Source of the DNA: Polyangiaceae bacterium
GTDB lineage: Bacteria; Myxococcota_A; Polyangia; Polyangiales; Polyangiaceae
Reading direction: 5' to 3'
DNA length: 64,000 nt
NCBI GenBank assembly: GCA_965222375.1
Contig: CBDCTZ010000016.1
Coordinates: 256,001 to 320,000, forward strand
The position numbers were made by a program, and so were the translations under genes. The notes beneath the pieces are model-generated. The model saw only the letters and a list, made by a program, of their open reading frames with translations, had not been told where the DNA came from and ran no database searches. Within the stretch, counting starts at the first letter, position 1; each line of letters opens with the position of its first letter. Of the stretch, positions 46,718-56,652 are shown one piece after another.

Positions 46718-48928
46718 ATGAGAGCGACGGACCGCATTGATCCAGAAATGACCGGAGACGCCGATGCCCGGGCGCGACTGGCGAGGGGTGAACTCCACGA
46801 TCCCCACGGCCTTTTGGGCGCTCACGTCTACGAGTCGCCCGGTGTCCGCGGCGTCGTCGTGCGCGCATTCCACCCGGAGGCCACTGAGGCCCGCTGTCTC
46901 GTCGGGGGCGAGCCGCAGCCGATGCACGGTGCTGGCCGAGGATTGTTTCTCGCGTTCTTCGAGAACGCGAAGTTGCCGTTCCCTCATGACATCCGCTTCG
47001 TATTCTGCGATGGCACGACCTGGCAATGCCAAGATCGCTACCGTTTTCTCCCAAGCGTGGGAGATACGGATCTGCACCTCTTTAACGAAGGGAATCACCG
47101 TGAGCTGTGGCGGTGCATGGGCGCAAATGCTCGCGAGCTAGACGGTGTGAAAGGCACGGCGTTTGCTGTTTGGGCTCCGAGTGCGAAGAGCGTCAGCGTC
47201 ATCGGGGACTTCAATGGCTGGGATGGGCGCCTGCATCCGATGCGGAGTTTGGGTTCCTCAGGGGTGTGGGAGCTGTTCGTTCCCGAGGTCGCTGCGGGGG
47301 CCCACTACAAGTTCGAAGTTCGCACCGGCTCGAATGCAGTGCTGCAAAAGGCGGATCCCTATGCCAAGCAGATGGAGGTGCCGCCGAAAACGGCCAGCGT
47401 CGTCGTGGCATCCGGATACAGCTGGGGCGACGACGCCTGGATGCGACGGCGCAGCCAGCTCGATCCTCGGCGACAGCCCATGACTGCCTACGAGATCCAC
47501 ACTGGGTCGTGGCGCCGTGTGCCGGAAGCAGGCAATAGATCCTTGCACTATCGTGAACTGGCCACCCAGCTGGTCGAGCACGTCCAGGCGCTGGGTTGCA
47601 CCCATGTGGAGCTGATGCCCGTGGCGGAGCATCCCTTTTTTGGCTCCTGGGGCTATCAGGTTTCCGGCTACTTCGCCCCCTCTGCGCGTTACGGGGATGC
47701 GGACGACTTCCGCTTTTTCGTAGACGCGCTGCACCAAGCGGGCATCGGCGTGATCTTGGACTGGGTCCCCGCGCACTTTCCTAAGGATGAATTCGCCTTG
47801 GCTCGATTCGATGGGACCTGTCTATACGAACATGAAGACGCGCGCCGGGGAGAGCATCCGGATTGGGGCACGCTGATCTTCAACTACGGTCGCAGCGAAG
47901 TGCGCTCGTTCTTGCTGGCGAATGCTCTATATTGGCTCAAGGAGTTTCACATCGATGCTTTGCGTGTGGATGCCGTCGCCTCGATGCTCTACCTCGACTA
48001 CAGCCGCGAAGACGGGCAATGGGTGCCGAATCAATACGGTGGGCGCGAGAACATCGACGCCATCGATCTGATCAAAACCGTGAACCACATCATCACAGAA
48101 GAGGCGCCCGGCGCGTTCACCATCGCGGAAGAGTCTACGGCTTGGGGCGGAGTGACCAAGCCCGCCGTGGACGGTGGGTTGGGTTTCACCTTCAAGTGGA
48201 ACATGGGCTGGATGCACGACACGTTGAAGTACTTCGAAAAGGAGCCCATTCACCGCACCCACCATCAGGACCAGCTCACGTTTTCAATGATCTACGAGTA
48301 TCACGAGTGTTTCGTGAACTCTCTTTCCCACGACGAGGTCGTTCACGGAAAGGGATCGCTCTATTCGAAGATGCCTGGGGACAAGTGGCAGAAGCTTGCG
48401 AACCTCCGTGCGCTGGCGGCCTATCAGTACACCCGACCCGGCAAGCAGCTCATCTTCATGGGCCAAGAGATTGCGCAAGAGTCCGAGTGGAATCACGATG
48501 GCAGTGTCGACTGGCACCTGCTTTCAGATGCGGACCGGCAGAAGTACTTCGAGTATATGAAGGCTTTGGGTCATATGTATCGCGAGACGCCCGCCCTGTG
48601 GCGAGATGACCCGGACCCAGCGAGCTTCGAGTGGATCGACGCCGCCGATCACGCCAGCTCCGTGCTTTCGTACCTGCGTCGCTCTGGCGACGATGTTGCC
48701 GCCGTCGTACTGAACCTGACGCCCGTGCCCCGAGATGGCTACCGCATCGGAGCGCCCGGAGGCGGGACCTGGCGGGTGCTGCTCAACACCGATGATGCAA
48801 CCTGGGGTGGCGGTGGTTACTACGCCGCCAAGAGCGTCGAAGCAGAGCCCGTCGAGCAGCACGGTCGCGCGCACTCCTGGGAGCTGTCGCTACCGCCGCT
48901 GGCGGCCTTGGTGCTCGTTCCTAGCTGA
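46718..48928 (+). CDS. glgB: 1,4-alpha-glucan branching enzyme
   Basis: FAVWAP, YEIH.GSW, SWGYQ, DWVPAHF, RVDAVASMLY, AEEST, WNMGWMHD, SHDEVVHGK. Confidence 0.96.
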   Translation: MRATDRIDPEMTGDADARARLARGELHDPHGLLGAHVYESPGVRGVVVRAFHPEATEARCLVGGEPQPMHGAGRGLFLAFFENAKLPFPHDIRFVFCDGTTWQCQDRYRFLPSVGDTDLHLFNEGNHRELWRCMGANARELDGVKGTAFAVWAPSAKSVSVIGDFNGWDGRLHPMRSLGSSGVWELFVPEVAAGAHYKFEVRTGSNAVLQKADPYAKQMEVPPKTASVVVASGYSWGDDAWMRRRSQLDPRRQPMTAYEIHTGSWRRVPEAGNRSLHYRELATQLVEHVQALGCTHVELMPVAEHPFFGSWGYQVSGYFAPSARYGDADDFRFFVDALHQAGIGVILDWVPAHFPKDEFALARFDGTCLYEHEDARRGEHPDWGTLIFNYGRSEVRSFLLANALYWLKEFHIDALRVDAVASMLYLDYSREDGQWVPNQYGGRENIDAIDLIKTVNHIITEEAPGAFTIAEESTAWGGVTKPAVDGGLGFTFKWNMGWMHDTLKYFEKEPIHRTHHQDQLTFSMIYEYHECFVNSLSHDEVVHGKGSLYSKMPGDKWQKLANLRALAAYQYTRPGKQLIFMGQEIAQESEWNHDGSVDWHLLSDADRQKYFEYMKALGHMYRETPALWRDDPDPASFEWIDAADHASSVLSYLRRSGDDVAAVVLNLTPVPRDGYRIGAPGGGTWRVLLNTDDATWGGGGYYAAKSVEAEPVEQHGRAHSWELSLPPLAALVLVPS

Positions 48929-48992
48929 TCTGGAAAGGAGCTCAGACCAGCCCGGCGCTGCGACGACACCGCCGCGGAGTTCTGGCATTGTC

Positions 48993-51089
48993 GTGCGCGT
49001 GGCCCGCGCGCTCCTCGTACTGTGGTTGGTCATTGTGTCATGCTTGGCATGGCTCGGCACCGCGCGGGCCGAAGCGCCCATCTCATCCGTAGATCCTCCC
49101 GCCGAGATACTGGGCGACTGGGCGGTCGCTGGCGGAGACGACCTGAAGTTTGCAGATCCGGAGTTCGACGACTCGGCTTGGGAGAGGCGCGAGCTATCCG
49201 GGACGTTGGACAAGGCGATTGCGCTTCAGCGCGTCGTGTGGTTCCGCAAACACGTCGCCTTTTCGCCGGGCGCTGTAGCGCAGGCAGCCAACGGAGAAAT
49301 GGCGCTATCCCTTGGTGTTGCCAGCTGCAACTACGAGTTGTTTATAGACGGAACGCGCATTGGGGCGTGGGGCAGCATGGATGCAGAGGCGCCCATCCGT
49401 CTTCGCCGCCCCGTCGCGCTGCGTGTGTCTTCGGAGGCAGCCGCGGACGGCGAGCTGCTCGTTGCCGTTCGCACGACCTTGCCGGAGAAGCAGAGAATTC
49501 ACGCTCAGCGTTTTCAATCGAGCCTACGCCTGTTTGGCCAAGCCAGCGCCGTCGAATCCCAAGCGCAGCTGGAGGTGACGCGCACGCACCCCCGGCTTTT
49601 TCTGATCTTCTCGACCTCCTTGGCGTGGATGGTTTGTACCATCTTCTTTTTTCAGCTGTGGTGGCGTCGTCGAGAGCGGCGCGCAGATCTGTGGTTTGCG
49701 CTTACTTCAAGTTGTTTCCTGGTGTCGTCCACCAGCGCGGGTTTGTCGGACTACGTAGAGACCGCCTACTTGCCTTGGGGTTGGGAGGGGGTCCCGATGA
49801 TCTTCAGCCTCGGTTTGGCTGCGATCCTCGAAATGAGCTGGGAGTTCCTCCGGCGCGGCAAGGCGCCCTGGTTCTGGCGAGCGCTGCAGATCAGCCTGTG
49901 GCTTGCCAGCGCTGCCGTACTGTTTCGGGTTTCCCTGGGTCGGGATCTGGTTGGGGGATTCCGAGTTGTCGTCTTGCTGGCCGCTTTGCTCGCGATCGTG
50001 TGTCTCACGACCTACGAGGTCTTCCGAGGCAACCGGGATGCGCGGACTGTCGGGATTGGTTGGATCTTGGCCGCCGTCGTCGCCGCCTACGAGCCCATAG
50101 CTGACACCTTGCGTTGGCCGCCCTTCCCGAGCACCAACGCGGCTGCGGTCATCTTGATTCTCGCGACGGCCTATGCGCTGCTGGTCCAATTCATTCGCTC
50201 GATGGACGAGCTGGACTTCACGAACCGCGCCATCCGTCGTTTCGTTCCCTTCGAGTTCCTCGACCTCCTGGACAAACCCTCGGTGCGAGACATCCGCGTC
50301 GGGGATCAAGTGGAGCTCGAGTTGACGGTCTTGTTCTGCGACATCCGTTCTTTCACGTCACTGTCGGAATGCTTGACACCCGAAGAGACCATTCAGCTCG
50401 TCAATGACTTTTTGGCCCAGGTGGAGCCTCGCATTCACAGGCAAGGTGGCTTCATCAACACGTACACTGGCGATGGCCTGATGGCTCTCTTTCACACAGA
50501 CGTCGACAAGGCGCTGCGCGGTGGCATCGAGATGTTCAGCGCTCTCGAGCGTTGGAACGCCGAGCGCGCCAGGAATGGGAAACCAGAAGTGGCCATTGGA
50601 GTTGGTCTGCACACGGGCAAGGTCATGCTGGGGACACTAGGTAGCGGCGACCGGCTCGACACCAACGTCATCGGTGACAGCGTCAACCTCGCGGCGCGAG
50701 TCGAAGGAATGACGAAGCTCTATGGCGCGCCACTGCTCGTGACCGAGGCCCTGGTGCAACGCCTCGCGAAGCCGGACGCTGTGTTGCTTCGCGAAGTCGA
50801 TCGGGTAGTAGCCAAGGGCAAGCAGGAGGCCGTCGTTATCTACGAAGTCCTCGATGCGCAGTCGGAGGCGGTTCGTCGGCGCAAGCGGCAAACGTTGGAG
50901 CAATTCTCTGCTGGCCTCGCGGACTATCGGAACGGCGAGTTCAAGGAAGCACTCCGTGTATTCCGGCAGACTCTCCAGGCGTGTCCAGGGGACCAGGCCG
51001 CCGCTCTCTACATCGAGCGCTGCGAACGGCTGGGGGTGGCCTCCCCAGCGAACTGGGATGGAGTGACACGCTTGGATACCAAGGGATGA
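48993..51089 (+). CDS. class III adenylate/guanylate cyclase with extracellular sugar-binding-like domain and 7TM region
   Basis: P.FDDSAW...WFRK sensor, ~7 TM, FCDIRSFT, YTGDGLMA, GDSVNLAARVE; start 48993 or 48999. Confidence 0.9.
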   Translation: MRVARALLVLWLVIVSCLAWLGTARAEAPISSVDPPAEILGDWAVAGGDDLKFADPEFDDSAWERRELSGTLDKAIALQRVVWFRKHVAFSPGAVAQAANGEMALSLGVASCNYELFIDGTRIGAWGSMDAEAPIRLRRPVALRVSSEAAADGELLVAVRTTLPEKQRIHAQRFQSSLRLFGQASAVESQAQLEVTRTHPRLFLIFSTSLAWMVCTIFFFQLWWRRRERRADLWFALTSSCFLVSSTSAGLSDYVETAYLPWGWEGVPMIFSLGLAAILEMSWEFLRRGKAPWFWRALQISLWLASAAVLFRVSLGRDLVGGFRVVVLLAALLAIVCLTTYEVFRGNRDARTVGIGWILAAVVAAYEPIADTLRWPPFPSTNAAAVILILATAYALLVQFIRSMDELDFTNRAIRRFVPFEFLDLLDKPSVRDIRVGDQVELELTVLFCDIRSFTSLSECLTPEETIQLVNDFLAQVEPRIHRQGGFINTYTGDGLMALFHTDVDKALRGGIEMFSALERWNAERARNGKPEVAIGVGLHTGKVMLGTLGSGDRLDTNVIGDSVNLAARVEGMTKLYGAPLLVTEALVQRLAKPDAVLLREVDRVVAKGKQEAVVIYEVLDAQSEAVRRRKRQTLEQFSAGLADYRNGEFKEALRVFRQTLQACPGDQAAALYIERCERLGVASPANWDGVTRLDTKG

Positions 51090-51104
51090 GCTCGAGTGAC
51101 GGGG

Positions 51105-52182
51105 TCACGGCGCCGGAAGACGAGTCTTGCGGAGTTGATACTCGTTGCCCGCCGCCTGGCGTCGCTTGAGCCAGTATGCGAAATGATCGTCCACCACGAT
51201 GTGCTCTACATACGGCTGCTGGCTCGCAACCGTGGCGATGTCGCCTTTCGAATTGGCACGTTTCAACATGCCGCCACTCGTGGTTACCCAGTAGACGGAG
51301 CCGTCTCGGACGGCCAAACCGTCCAAGGGCTCCGGGGTCGGTTCGAGCTTGATCGGGGTTTCCCCCGCCGAGCGGCACACCGAGGACTTGTTGTGAGGCA
51401 GTGAGGAAAACCGATGAGTTGCCCAAACGCAGCTTCGGGTCGGCTCTCCACCCTGTGGTGGCCGAACCGTTGGCCAGCTCTTTGGGTACGCAACCCACCT
51501 TCTTTGCACACGAGAACAGCGCCTGATCCGTGGCCAAGTAGACAGCGGAATCGTCGACTGCCAACGCCCACAGACCGGGCAAATTCGATGCGATCGTCTC
51601 TGTGGGTCCTGACGTCTTTGACACACGCTCGACCGTCCCTTGGTTTGTATTGGTCCAATACACGTGCTGGGCGTCGATGGCGACGTCGACGGGACCTGCC
51701 GGACCGCTGGCGAAAAGCGCCGTGTGAAGCTCGCTCCCATCCTTCTTTGCACGGTAGACGAGGCCATGGTTCTTCACCGCGAAGTAGATGTCGGTCGCAT
51801 CCACCGCGCAGCCCTCGAGCGTTGATCCTGGGCCCAGGTCGGCAATGCTTTGCGTTCCGGTACTGCGATCCTTTGGGATGCGCCGCACCTTGGTCGACTC
51901 CGTCCAGTACAAGTATTCGTCGTCCTGAGACAAGAAGTCCGCCGCCGCCTCGTTTGGGGCGAGCTCGCATACGCCGCTCGTGCACTCGCCCCCGCCGCAC
52001 CAGGACGGACATCCTCCGACTCCCCCTGAGCCGGCGCTGCCAGCTTGGCCCCCGCCCATGCCTGACGCACCACCCGTGGCTTGGCCACCCGCTCCTCCGC
52101 TTTGGCTATGGGAGGACTTGGAAGAGCAACCCGCAACGACTAGCAGTGTCGTCAGCATCAGACACTCCAGCGCGCGGGACAT
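51105..52182 (-). pseudogene. frameshifted YWTD-like beta-propeller lipoprotein (or sequencing error)
   Basis: VAG-C lipobox, LYWT/IYFA/VYWT/VYLA blades; last two blades (VYWV, AYWL) in another frame, shift at GGGGGAAACCCC near 51355-51366. Confidence 0.7.
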
Positions 52183-52271
52183 CCCCGCAGGATGCCAATC
52201 CTCGCCGGTGGGCACACTGTCGTCGGCCCAGATTTGCGGCTCATGGGTGTTCTGCCGCGGTGCTCTGGTCT

Positions 52272-53591
52272 TCAGTCCCGCGCTGGGCGGCCCATGCCGC
52301 GATAGGCCAGGCCCGCTTCGGATACGGATTCGGGCACCAGCACGTTTCGGCCGTCGAAGACGTGGCGACCGCGCATGAGCTTTTTGACCCGCTCCAGGTC
52401 TGGCGAGCGGAAGTGGTTCCACTCCGTGGCGAGCACCACGGCGTCCGCGCCGCGACAGGTTTCGTACAGGTTGTCGAACATCTCGACGCCGGTGGTGACG
52501 TCATGCTCTTTCAGCCAGACCGTGGCGGTCTCTTGTGCTTCGGGATCCGTGGTCCGAATGGTAGCTCCGCGTTTGACCAACTCGGCGATCAGGCGCAGCG
52601 CAGCGGCCTCCCGCACATCATCCGTCTTCGGTTTGAAGGCGAGGCCCCAAACCGCGACCACTTTGCCCTTCAACTCGCCCAAGTCCGCCTCCATGCGCTG
52701 GAGCATGGTTTGCACTGGAACTTCGTTGGCCGCTCGGGCGGCATCCGCCACGCTCACGGCCACGCCTAGCTCTTTGGCGGTGTGCACTAGGGCGCGCAGA
52801 TCTTTGGGGAAGCAGCTGCCGCCGAAGCCGAGGCCCGGGTACAAGAACTGCAACCCGATGCGCTCGTCAGCGCCCACCGCGAGGCGCACGTGCTCCACGT
52901 CGGCTCCGACCACGTCGCAGAGATGCGCAATCTCGTTCATGAAGGAGATTTTCGTAGCCAGCAGCGCGTTGGCCGCGTACTTTACGATCTCCGCGCTTGC
53001 CGGTGCCATGCAGTGCAGGCGGTTGCTCTGGCGATTGAAGGGCGCGTATAGCCGCGTCATCAATTCCACGGCGCGGTCGTCATCGGTGCCGATCACGATT
53101 CGGTCAGGCTTGAGGAAGTCGTTGACTGCGTCGCCCTCTTTCAAGAACTCCGGATTGCTCACCACGCTGACCTTGTGCTTGGACAGGCCTTGCACGACTT
53201 CGCGCACCTTCTTGTTGGTGCCAACGGGCACCGTGCTCTTGAGCACCAGCACCACGTCGTTTTCCGCCATGCTGGCGACGTCCTTTGCGACTTTGAGCAC
53301 GTGCTTCAGATCCGCTGAGCCATCTTCGTTCGGTGGCGTGCCCACCGCGATGAATACGACCGAGCGGCCCTTGATCGAGTCCTTCAAGTCCGAGCTGAAC
53401 TTGAGGCGATCTGGGTAGTTATGCTTTACCAGATCGTCGAGCCGGGGTTCAAAGAAGGGCACGTCCCCAACCCGAAGCTTCTCCAATTTCTTCTCGTCGA
53501 CATCCACGCAGGTCACGTCGACGCCAACGTCAGCGAAGCAAGCGCCAGCCACCAAGCCGACGTACCCAGAGCCCACTACTGCAATGCGCAT
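52272..53591 (-). CDS. ugd: UDP-glucose 6-dehydrogenase
   Basis: GSGYVG, KSTVPVGT, NPEFLKEG, GFGGSCFPKD, GLAFKP.TDD.R, DGRN. Confidence 0.95.
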   Translation of the reverse strand: MRIAVVGSGYVGLVAGACFADVGVDVTCVDVDEKKLEKLRVGDVPFFEPRLDDLVKHNYPDRLKFSSDLKDSIKGRSVVFIAVGTPPNEDGSADLKHVLKVAKDVASMAENDVVLVLKSTVPVGTNKKVREVVQGLSKHKVSVVSNPEFLKEGDAVNDFLKPDRIVIGTDDDRAVELMTRLYAPFNRQSNRLHCMAPASAEIVKYAANALLATKISFMNEIAHLCDVVGADVEHVRLAVGADERIGLQFLYPGLGFGGSCFPKDLRALVHTAKELGVAVSVADAARAANEVPVQTMLQRMEADLGELKGKVVAVWGLAFKPKTDDVREAAALRLIAELVKRGATIRTTDPEAQETATVWLKEHDVTTGVEMFDNLYETCRGADAVVLATEWNHFRSPDLERVKKLMRGRHVFDGRNVLVPESVSEAGLAYRGMGRPARD

Positions 53592-53673
53592 GCGGGGGGC
53601 TTAACCGCTCGCGGTACCCCTGTCGAGACGGATCCCTCGGTGCGCCGCGCGTTGCACGCGACGACTCAAACGT

Positions 53674-54039
53674 TCAGCCCGTATCTTCGGGTGCGGATAG
53701 GCAAGCTTGGGGCACTTCCAAGCAAACCTGCGGCCCGGGGCCGGGATCCGGTGCTGGCGGCGAAAGGCAGGGGCCAGGAATTGGTGGAGGCGGAGCGCCG
53801 GCGTCCTCGCCCTCGCCGGCGGGAAGGTCGGCGTCGGGTTGTTCCGAAGGCACGGCGCCCGCTTCGTCCTCTGGCGCTTCAGCATCGGGTTCAGCGACTT
53901 GAACGCTCGTTGCCGGCGGAGACACGTCCTTCTTGGCGCAACCTTGCGCGGCCGGGCCCACCACCCCAGCGCTTGCCAACGCGGCGGCGACGAAGCGCGC
54001 GCGTCGTCTGAGGATTGCGTCTCGGTCGTCTGCAGGCAT
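53674..54039 (-). CDS. PxxCL-repeat lipoprotein/precursor peptide, paralog A (3 motifs)
   Basis: Leader DRDAILRRRARFVAAALASAGVV, AQG-CAKK; PGPCLS, PQVCLE, PQACLS. Confidence 0.8.
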   Translation of the reverse strand: MPADDRDAILRRRARFVAAALASAGVVGPAAQGCAKKDVSPPATSVQVAEPDAEAPEDEAGAVPSEQPDADLPAGEGEDAGAPPPPIPGPCLSPPAPDPGPGPQVCLEVPQACLSAPEDTG

Positions 54040-54042
54040 GGC

Positions 54043-54420
54043 TCAGTTCACGAAATCCAGACAGATCTGGGGTTTGGTGCCCCTATGACCTGGCGCGGGA
54101 GGAGACAGGCACGGGCGAGGTGGAGGTTTGGGCGGCGTTGCCGTGTCGGGCGGCTGTGAGGTCGTGAGTTCTTGTCCCGCGGCTTCGCTGTTGGCTCCCG
54201 CATCAGGCAGTTCTGTAGGCTCGACAGGGGGCGCCTCGGCGTCGGGTTCGATGCTTTCCGCACCAGCCTCTGCGACGTGCACGCTGGTGACCGGCGACGC
54301 AGGCGGATCCTTCTTGGCGCAGCTCGGTGACACGGAGCCGACGACCCCGGCGCTCGCGAGCGCGGCCGCAACGAAGTGCGCGCGCCGCTTGAGGATCGTA
54401 TCTCGGTCGTCTCCACCCAT
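54043..54420 (-). CDS. PxxCL-repeat lipoprotein/precursor peptide, paralog B (2 motifs)
   Basis: Leader DRDTILKRRAHFVAAALASAGVV, SPS-CAKK; PRPCLS, PQICLD. Confidence 0.8.
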   Translation of the reverse strand: MGGDDRDTILKRRAHFVAAALASAGVVGSVSPSCAKKDPPASPVTSVHVAEAGAESIEPDAEAPPVEPTELPDAGANSEAAGQELTTSQPPDTATPPKPPPRPCLSPPAPGHRGTKPQICLDFVN

Positions 54421-54568
54421 GGCGTCAGACTAGATCCCTTTGGGTTCCGAAACCAAGCTTGGGCTTTCGGTCGGGCGCTCGTCAATTGCCCGTCCGGGGC
54501 GTGCGATGCTGATGACTGGAGACGAGCGGATGCGAGCGAGCGCCCCACTGCGCCACAGCACGACGCAC

Positions 54569-54835
54569 GCGAAGGCGTGTTCGCCCATCCTGGACGCGAT
54601 CCAATGCACCAAGAAAGTCCTGGCTCACCCGGGTTGCGGGTGCCCCACGGCCATCAATCCGGACAACACCGACGCGGTGGAAAAGCTCGATCGACTCCAG
54701 AACGAGTGGGACAAGCTCAATTGCTCAGAGGGGATCGTGTGCCCAGCGGCGGCCTGCGCTCCAATCGATGGAGTCTGCGGCGAGACCAGCCCGGGAAGCA
54801 CCACGGGCATGTGCGAGGACGCCGTACAGGAATAG
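54569..54835 (+). pseudogene. 5'-truncated Cys-rich domain paralogous to the C-terminus of 34276..34926
   Basis: AKAC-x8-C-x9-CGC-xxxIN-xDNT-x11-W-x4-C-x5-CP, same pattern as the 34276 gene; no signal peptide upstream. Confidence 0.6.
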
Positions 54836-54871
54836 CGGCGACTGGCGTCGCGCCCGGAAGCGCCGCCGGGG

Positions 54872-56464
54872 TTAGCCTTCGACCAGTACGAAGGTTTTCG
54901 CGCCCATGCCGTAGGTTTGCACGCTGCCCCAGCCTGAGGGCAAGTCGGGCTTGACCCACTCGAAGACGCGCTTGGCGTCCAAGGGCGAGAGATTCACGCA
55001 GCCGCCGCTCTTGCGCTCGCCGAAGTCCTCGTGCCAGTAGGCGCCGTGGATCGCGTAGGGGCGCTGGAAGTAGATGGTCCAGGGCACGTCGGCGATCCAG
55101 CTGCGTTTGGGGTCACCACTTTCGGTGGTCATGGTGCTGACGTGGTGTTTGCTCTCGACCCAGTAGCGGCCATAGGGCGTGGCGTCTTCTTTGCCGGGTG
55201 ACATCAGGGTCGCGAACACAGGTGTGGCGCCCTCGTACAACACGAGGGTGCCTCGGTTGACCCGCACGTGAACCCAGCGCCCGGACTTGGTCCTCTTCGC
55301 TTCCCAGGGCGTCTTCCGGGTCTCGATCAGGCGCGCGCTCGACTTCTCGATGTAGTGCCCGCCGTCCTTGGTTTCGTAGAAGCGCTTGCGATCGTGCCGT
55401 TCCACATTTCCCGTCAACGCAACGAAGCTCTGATGCGCCCAGGTCTCGGAAGTCTTCTCGAAGCCCGAGTCGGTCTTGCGCCATTTGGGTTGGGCCCCTT
55501 TGCGCATGAACGCGATGGGCAGCTGCGCGCCCTTGCCGAGCTCGACTCCGGAAAAGCCCGAAACCGCAAAGCGCTTGAGCCCCTGCGCGGGCACGACGCT
55601 CATGTCCGTGGTCAGCACCCAGGTGCGCCCGTAGGCTTCAAAGGCACGGGTGTAGGCGAGCATGACGCCATTCGGCGCCCGCTTCTTGTACACGCCGCGG
55701 GCTTTGCCCCAGGGCGTCGGGGCGCGCTTTCCGCCTCGAAGGAACTCGGGGATGGGCCCATTGGCGACGATGGCTTCGTCTTGCGCCAGCTCGTCGTGCC
55801 CCGCGTTCCAGCCACGCATCTTGCGTCGGTTGCGGCTACCGAGCTTCCACTTGAACTCAGACTCGGGCACCGGCGCCACCAACATCGGCGCGCCCACACT
55901 CAGTGCGTAGTTGTACGGAACCGGGCCCGGCGCGGGCATGGTCCAGCGCCCGGCGCGCATCCACGCCGAGTCCATGTCCAGGGTCGAGCGCCCGCCGACG
56001 CACACCACCCCGTGCTCGACCTTCACGAACTCGCGACACTTGCCTTGACCCGGGACGCGCTCTTTGCTCAGCAGCGGCAAGCTCGAACCGTCCCGAATGC
56101 TGCCTAGAGGCAACGCACCCGAGTGCGGTTTGGGTTGGATCCAAGTGCCCCAGGTGCGGCTGCCAATACGACCGTGGGGTGAAGCAGAAGGAGCAGGTGG
56201 GTAGCTCTGGTCAAAGAACCTTTTGAGTCGAGCCTCCATGCGCTCCGCCGGGGGCAGCTTGGCTTCTGCTGCCTTTCGCTGCGCCGAAGCTGTCGGACTG
56301 GAGGACGCCGTCTCGTTTCCAGCTTGCCGAGCTTCCGTGTGCGTCCGCGTTGCTTCAGCGCTGGCGCCGCCTTGCCGCTGTGCTTCGGCGGAGCCGCACG
56401 CCTGCAGCAGGGTTGCTGAGCCGAACACCGTCAGTAGCGCTGCAAGTGAGTCGCTTCGTCGCAC
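54872..56464 (-). CDS. L,D-transpeptidase (YkuD) lipoprotein
   Basis: TPYG.Y, VPW..YF, AIHGAYWH..FG.RKSGGCVNL; LQA-C lipobox. Confidence 0.9.
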   Translation of the reverse strand: MRRSDSLAALLTVFGSATLLQACGSAEAQRQGGASAEATRTHTEARQAGNETASSSPTASAQRKAAEAKLPPAERMEARLKRFFDQSYPPAPSASPHGRIGSRTWGTWIQPKPHSGALPLGSIRDGSSLPLLSKERVPGQGKCREFVKVEHGVVCVGGRSTLDMDSAWMRAGRWTMPAPGPVPYNYALSVGAPMLVAPVPESEFKWKLGSRNRRKMRGWNAGHDELAQDEAIVANGPIPEFLRGGKRAPTPWGKARGVYKKRAPNGVMLAYTRAFEAYGRTWVLTTDMSVVPAQGLKRFAVSGFSGVELGKGAQLPIAFMRKGAQPKWRKTDSGFEKTSETWAHQSFVALTGNVERHDRKRFYETKDGGHYIEKSSARLIETRKTPWEAKRTKSGRWVHVRVNRGTLVLYEGATPVFATLMSPGKEDATPYGRYWVESKHHVSTMTTESGDPKRSWIADVPWTIYFQRPYAIHGAYWHEDFGERKSGGCVNLSPLDAKRVFEWVKPDLPSGWGSVQTYGMGAKTFVLVEG

Positions 56465-56529
56465 GAACGCGCATTGTCTCGCGACATGACCGAAGCCGCC
56501 AAACTCGCGGGGGGCCCAGTCTGCGCCAA

Positions 56530-56579
56530 GGCGAGAGTAGTGCTCCGCCGGGGCCTAGGGATGCGACCAAAAACCCAAG
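56530..56579 (-). repeat. dispersed intergenic repeat, copy 6
   Basis: TTGGGTTTTTGGTCG-N24-TACTCTCGCC on minus strand. Confidence 0.6.
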
Positions 56580-56652
56580 CAAATCAAGGCATTATGCTGA
56601 CAGGTCGGCAAGCGTTCTGCACTGGACTCGGCGCGTCCTTATTATCGCCTGC

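Noticed and set aside
53674..54420. Tat signal peptides explaining the conserved leader
   Set aside because: RRA[RH]F places Phe one residue later than the RRxF consensus and the DRDxIL block is unexplained; Tat export is not excluded but not supported.
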